The translations under genes were made by a program, and so were the position numbers. This document shows positions 61,501 through 64,000 of a stretch of 64,000 nt of DNA, piece after piece; the stretch's first letter is position 1; each line of letters begins with the position of its first letter. This DNA is from a virus. Below the pieces are notes generated by a model, which searched no databases, was not told the origin of the DNA, and saw only the letters and a list, made by a program, of their open reading frames with translations. The DNA is taken from positions 1 through 64,000 of the IMG/VR virus record IMGVR_UViG_3300025133_000066, one strand, 5' to 3'.

Positions 61501-63050
61501 TCAGCAGCTTCCTCATCTGATGTTGGAACTTTTAATGTGTATTTTTCATACAGTGCATCGTCTGTTTTTAAATTTTTATTATAATCAGGAGGATTATAAC
61601 CTTTTGCTTTCCACGGAAGGATAGTGTCGCCCACTAGTTGTCTGTATTTTTCCACTATTTCTGTAGATTTACCAAATTTCCCTATATTTTTAGATAAGGC
61701 ATATAGCTTATCATTATCTAAATTTTCTAAAGCACATTTAGAAATTTCCTCAGAATATTCATCTGCGTTTAGGTAGGACATGGCAGTATTTGCCACCAAC
61801 GATATTAAATCTCCCAAACCACAAAAACCAAGTCGGTTTAAAACATCTTTTCCTAGTGATTGGAGAGCTTCTTTGCCTTGTTTTTTGGATACCTTTTGTA
61901 AAATATCAGGAAGACTATTTAAAAAGGCATCTCCAATTTGATTTTTAACATCCTCGGCAAATGTTAGCTTTTCTTCTTCGGATTCTTCTAATTCTTTATC
62001 TTTTTTTGCTTTTAATTCTGGAGTCAAGCATGGTTTATCGTAAATGGAATCCAAAACTGCATTTTGAAACAATTTTACTGATCTTTTAGAGATTTCTTTA
62101 AAAGCCGCAGTTCCTTTATCTATATCTTTATTCGAAATTCCATAAGAAGTGCTATTTTTGTCTGTTCTTTTTATTATATTGCTATTTGAGGCACTATTTT
62201 TAGACGGAGTATTGAGAAACCTTGTTTCAATAATATTTTGATATGTTATAGATGCAGATTTGCACAACGCATATAGCTCGTCCAAAGAATAAATGAAATA
62301 ATTTGTTTGTGGTCTATTTTGAGGATTTGTATTTATGAAATCACTAAAAGAAACCGCCAAGGTCGTTCTTGTTAAGAAGCCAAATAAAGAAATATATACT
62401 ATTTCGTATGAATTGTTGAAATGAATTTCTACGTTTTCATAAATTGAAGAATCTATATCGTTTGAGGTTATTAAATTATTTAAATTTGAAGAAAAAGAAT
62501 AAAGATTGTCAGCTTCCAAGATAAAATCCAGACCTTTATAGCCAGAATTTTTCATTTTAGAAATATCTTCAATATAATCTGCCTGAAACTGTTGAAATTT
62601 CTCTGCGACCAGATCAATCTTGTCATAAAATGAATCTAAACTATAAGAAGACTTTAAAGAATCTTCTAAATCAGGTGGAGGAGCATCAGATAATCTATCT
62701 ATTTGATCTTTTGGGATTCCCAATAAGATTTTTTGTTTTATATTGGGAAATGGACTAATAAAATCCTGAATTACTTCAATCTTTTTAATTAAATCTGCTC
62801 TATATTTTCCATATGTAATGGCTGATGCTTCTGTGCCGTCTGCGGTCTCTTTTGCTAGGGCGGCCAATATATTATCTAAAAATAAAGAATAATAACTTGA
62901 AAATACACCACTTTTTGCGTCTTCTGCGACAACTTCTTGGTTCAATAAAATTGTAGAAACATATTGATCAGTTGAGCTATCGTAATATGTTTTATTGGCA
63001 GGTATTATTGTCCAATCTTTGGGTATCTCTGATAATGCAGAAGTTGTCAT
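58548..63050 (-). CDS. Large hypothetical protein (1500 aa)
   Basis: Coupled long ORF between the spike-like gene and gp25; largely helical. Confidence 0.7.
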   Translation of the reverse strand: MTTSALSEIPKDWTIIPANKTYYDSSTDQYVSTILLNQEVVAEDAKSGVFSSYYSLFLDNILAALAKETADGTEASAITYGKYRADLIKKIEVIQDFISPFPNIKQKILLGIPKDQIDRLSDAPPPDLEDSLKSSYSLDSFYDKIDLVAEKFQQFQADYIEDISKMKNSGYKGLDFILEADNLYSFSSNLNNLITSNDIDSSIYENVEIHFNNSYEIVYISLFGFLTRTTLAVSFSDFINTNPQNRPQTNYFIYSLDELYALCKSASITYQNIIETRFLNTPSKNSASNSNIIKRTDKNSTSYGISNKDIDKGTAAFKEISKRSVKLFQNAVLDSIYDKPCLTPELKAKKDKELEESEEEKLTFAEDVKNQIGDAFLNSLPDILQKVSKKQGKEALQSLGKDVLNRLGFCGLGDLISLVANTAMSYLNADEYSEEISKCALENLDNDKLYALSKNIGKFGKSTEIVEKYRQLVGDTILPWKAKGYNPPDYNKNLKTDDALYEKYTLKVPTSDEEAADIDVRFRAYKESVNLYINPNDLLSTLLDIFPDEMGWIGFFTDLTTGVLSKCTTGHSGIIKTKIALNPCKRINMPKLPEASGGGSSVFSSLATIVVEEIKNIIIGLIVRLITSTMSQLFQIISAGVSGDTDYFKRGGYIPDLFQNENFMHDAFYKVANNKKEESSEVNECVRQIIYDAREPANITQELSLEEVDSFLKIISVSLGEYEKIKLFKGEAGGTTYEKVRQLVADTPLEVYLKNYSDIEQIFLEIGKLLDVSKMEADYFNNLYNASLPVEFCIIETDMLDRAYLQNKPGITEEQISRMEDVLKNIQKDKLCFSASTMGNAQAPIFGQAMESILDPDGPVYGKIKEKQAEYFVEGINKQLEIFYKSYHNDLYKNKGFFDVILGNNGVPFVGYNNQKFLALLPFDPTALLSPAPSLTVLEAFKTRANRLKDVGYDSEINGDNFQMSLYQPKIASSQKSSGNMSVSFNKENILSYKVPPTTNLESGAHKISELLEGSLSPVASLRNKIKTGFLVSTPFGERPSPLQTHVFRYQNVIKDKILPTSGKTAYDKSYWTNLYDKLEDNSSVLVGSPDIEKQVGDLYKKANLNLEGSLYVPFNMATSSEELTTNYAGLILLTNIIISEIILRGTSIFAGFNPETLETKKMLSELVKNNLSQIFGSEKLNFYETICQIYLKLVETGIVENTDDNLEEITENFNEVIRSWIRGEISNRSDVLNDNKDDIDYIVSLFVTERISEYFNSTSYTIIKGLIQIGGLYNIKTLSLGATLNNGEVKNVWGNVDSFDRTTEIPYLRVEKYINVGPSTAESIPSGIQRLADLESYISSTTAVHNKISDSWPDGWKYGIRISSVYPLDISGVEESDFDPTDHPDLNSERYKNKAFLLKGGTMGSSFLLPIISFEEEIPDQTIDKLIIGSYDDNEMINNLINSEKFVDFYYAGMNIENLLTLVTIYNYESLGNIAPPPNWSKKLFEDSQNFAMQLIKES

Positions 63051-64000
63051 TAATTTGTCCTATTAAAATCACTATTGATATAGGAATTACCAAGCGAATA
63101 GGTATAATTAAACTCATCGAAAAATAAATTTGTTTTGATGCCCAGTCCTCCAACTAAACCAATATTTATATTTGTAGCAACAAATTTTCCAGCACTCGGG
63201 GCTAAATCTGGAGAGGGGGCTGCGGTCATGATGGGTAGAGCCACAGGATGAGTGTGAAGACCCAGAGCTTGACCAAGCATTGCATTTTCTCCAGCTATAT
63301 CCATTACCATATCTGCCAGCTTATCTATTCTTTTATATAGTGTATATATACAATCTATAAGATTATCACCTTTTACTAGTGGTTGTAAGTCACTGTCATT
63401 ATTGTTGGCTATAAGTTCAACTCCTGTTCCAGAACTTATCTTACCACTCTTTGAATTATGATCTCCACTTGGGGAAGTCACAATCTTGACGCCCAGCCTT
63501 CCTTTGATGGCAACATTATCAGCTATAATAGCAACACCTGAACGATTTTCAAATTTTGGATTATCACCTTCTGCTAATTTACAAGCTTTATCTAAATCAG
63601 TAGTTTGAGATATATATACTCTAGCAGCATCGTGATCAAAATCATCATTGACGAATAAATTAGAGTTTTTTGCAGCTTCGGCTACGGCTGATACTCTTCC
63701 ACAAACGAGGTCTATGGATGCGGCTGGTGCTCCAGTGGCGCTGTAACCGGTTCCTGGACCTCTGGGTGCGTCCTGTGCCATCGTGATATAACTTCCGTTG
63801 TGTTCGTTGGTTTTTGCAGCGTCGATGGCATTATAAGTCGGTAAGGATACAATTCTGTTTTTTCCATTGATACCTCGACCTGAAACATTCTTCTTGGGGC
63901 TAAGTGAATTATTTAAAGAAAGAAAATTTTGTTGTGTTTGGTTGAACTGATTATCGGCTAAATTAGTATAGTATGGAGAATTTAACCATGGTGGTAATAA
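63050..64000 (-). CDS. Baseplate central spike/gp5-like protein, 5'-truncated by the window edge
   Basis: Frame stays open from 63781 to 64000; beta-strand repeats and an HTH (HxH) spike-tip motif; upstream of gp25. Confidence 0.55.
   Translation of the reverse strand, partial: LLPPWLNSPYYTNLADNQFNQTQQNFLSLNNSLSPKKNVSGRGINGKNRIVSLPTYNAIDAAKTNEHNGSYITMAQDAPRGPGTGYSATGAPAASIDLVCGRVSAVAEAAKNSNLFVNDDFDHDAARVYISQTTDLDKACKLAEGDNPKFENRSGVAIIADNVAIKGRLGVKIVTSPSGDHNSKSGKISSGTGVELIANNNDSDLQPLVKGDNLIDCIYTLYKRIDKLADMVMDIAGENAMLGQALGLHTHPVALPIMTAAPSPDLAPSAGKFVATNINIGLVGGLGIKTNLFFDEFNYTYSLGNSYINSDFNRTN

Noticed and set aside
1-64000. Stop-codon reassignment, introns/inteins, tRNA genes
   Set aside because: Core genes are full length and densely packed in code 11; no intein or homing-endonuclease motifs seen in terminase, portal or primase; no cloverleaf noticed in the short intergenic gaps (no tRNA scan was run)

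Overview
A 64-kb segment of a large T4-like myovirus genome (standard code 11). Every credible gene is on the minus strand. It holds the full virion-morphogenesis module. In transcription order (right to left): spike/gp5-like gene (cut by the window edge), large baseplate and accessory proteins (gp25, gp6, LamG proteins including a ~3,040-aa giant), four tail-collar-like proteins, RuvC, primase, a single-chain Mre11-Rad50 (SbcD-SbcC) fusion, a holin/spanin-like cluster, terminase, portal, prohead protease, three tandem paralogs, a GAMT/Rmt2-like methyltransferase, ribosomal protein bS21, scaffold, major capsid, neck, sheath, tube, tail chaperone and tape measure. Most interesting observations: (1) unrelated cargo proteins scattered through the module share an N-terminal leader (MKLTxxQLRxxIKEE, plus a second MxLxMExW type) resembling a capsid-targeting and prohead-protease cleavage signal; (2) a probable +1/-2 programmed frameshift in the tail chaperone; (3) a recurrent ACTAWTTA upstream motif, a candidate late promoter; (4) the methyltransferase-bS21 pair; (5) two unannotated micro-ORFs. 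All functional calls come from motif recognition and gene order; no database searches were run.
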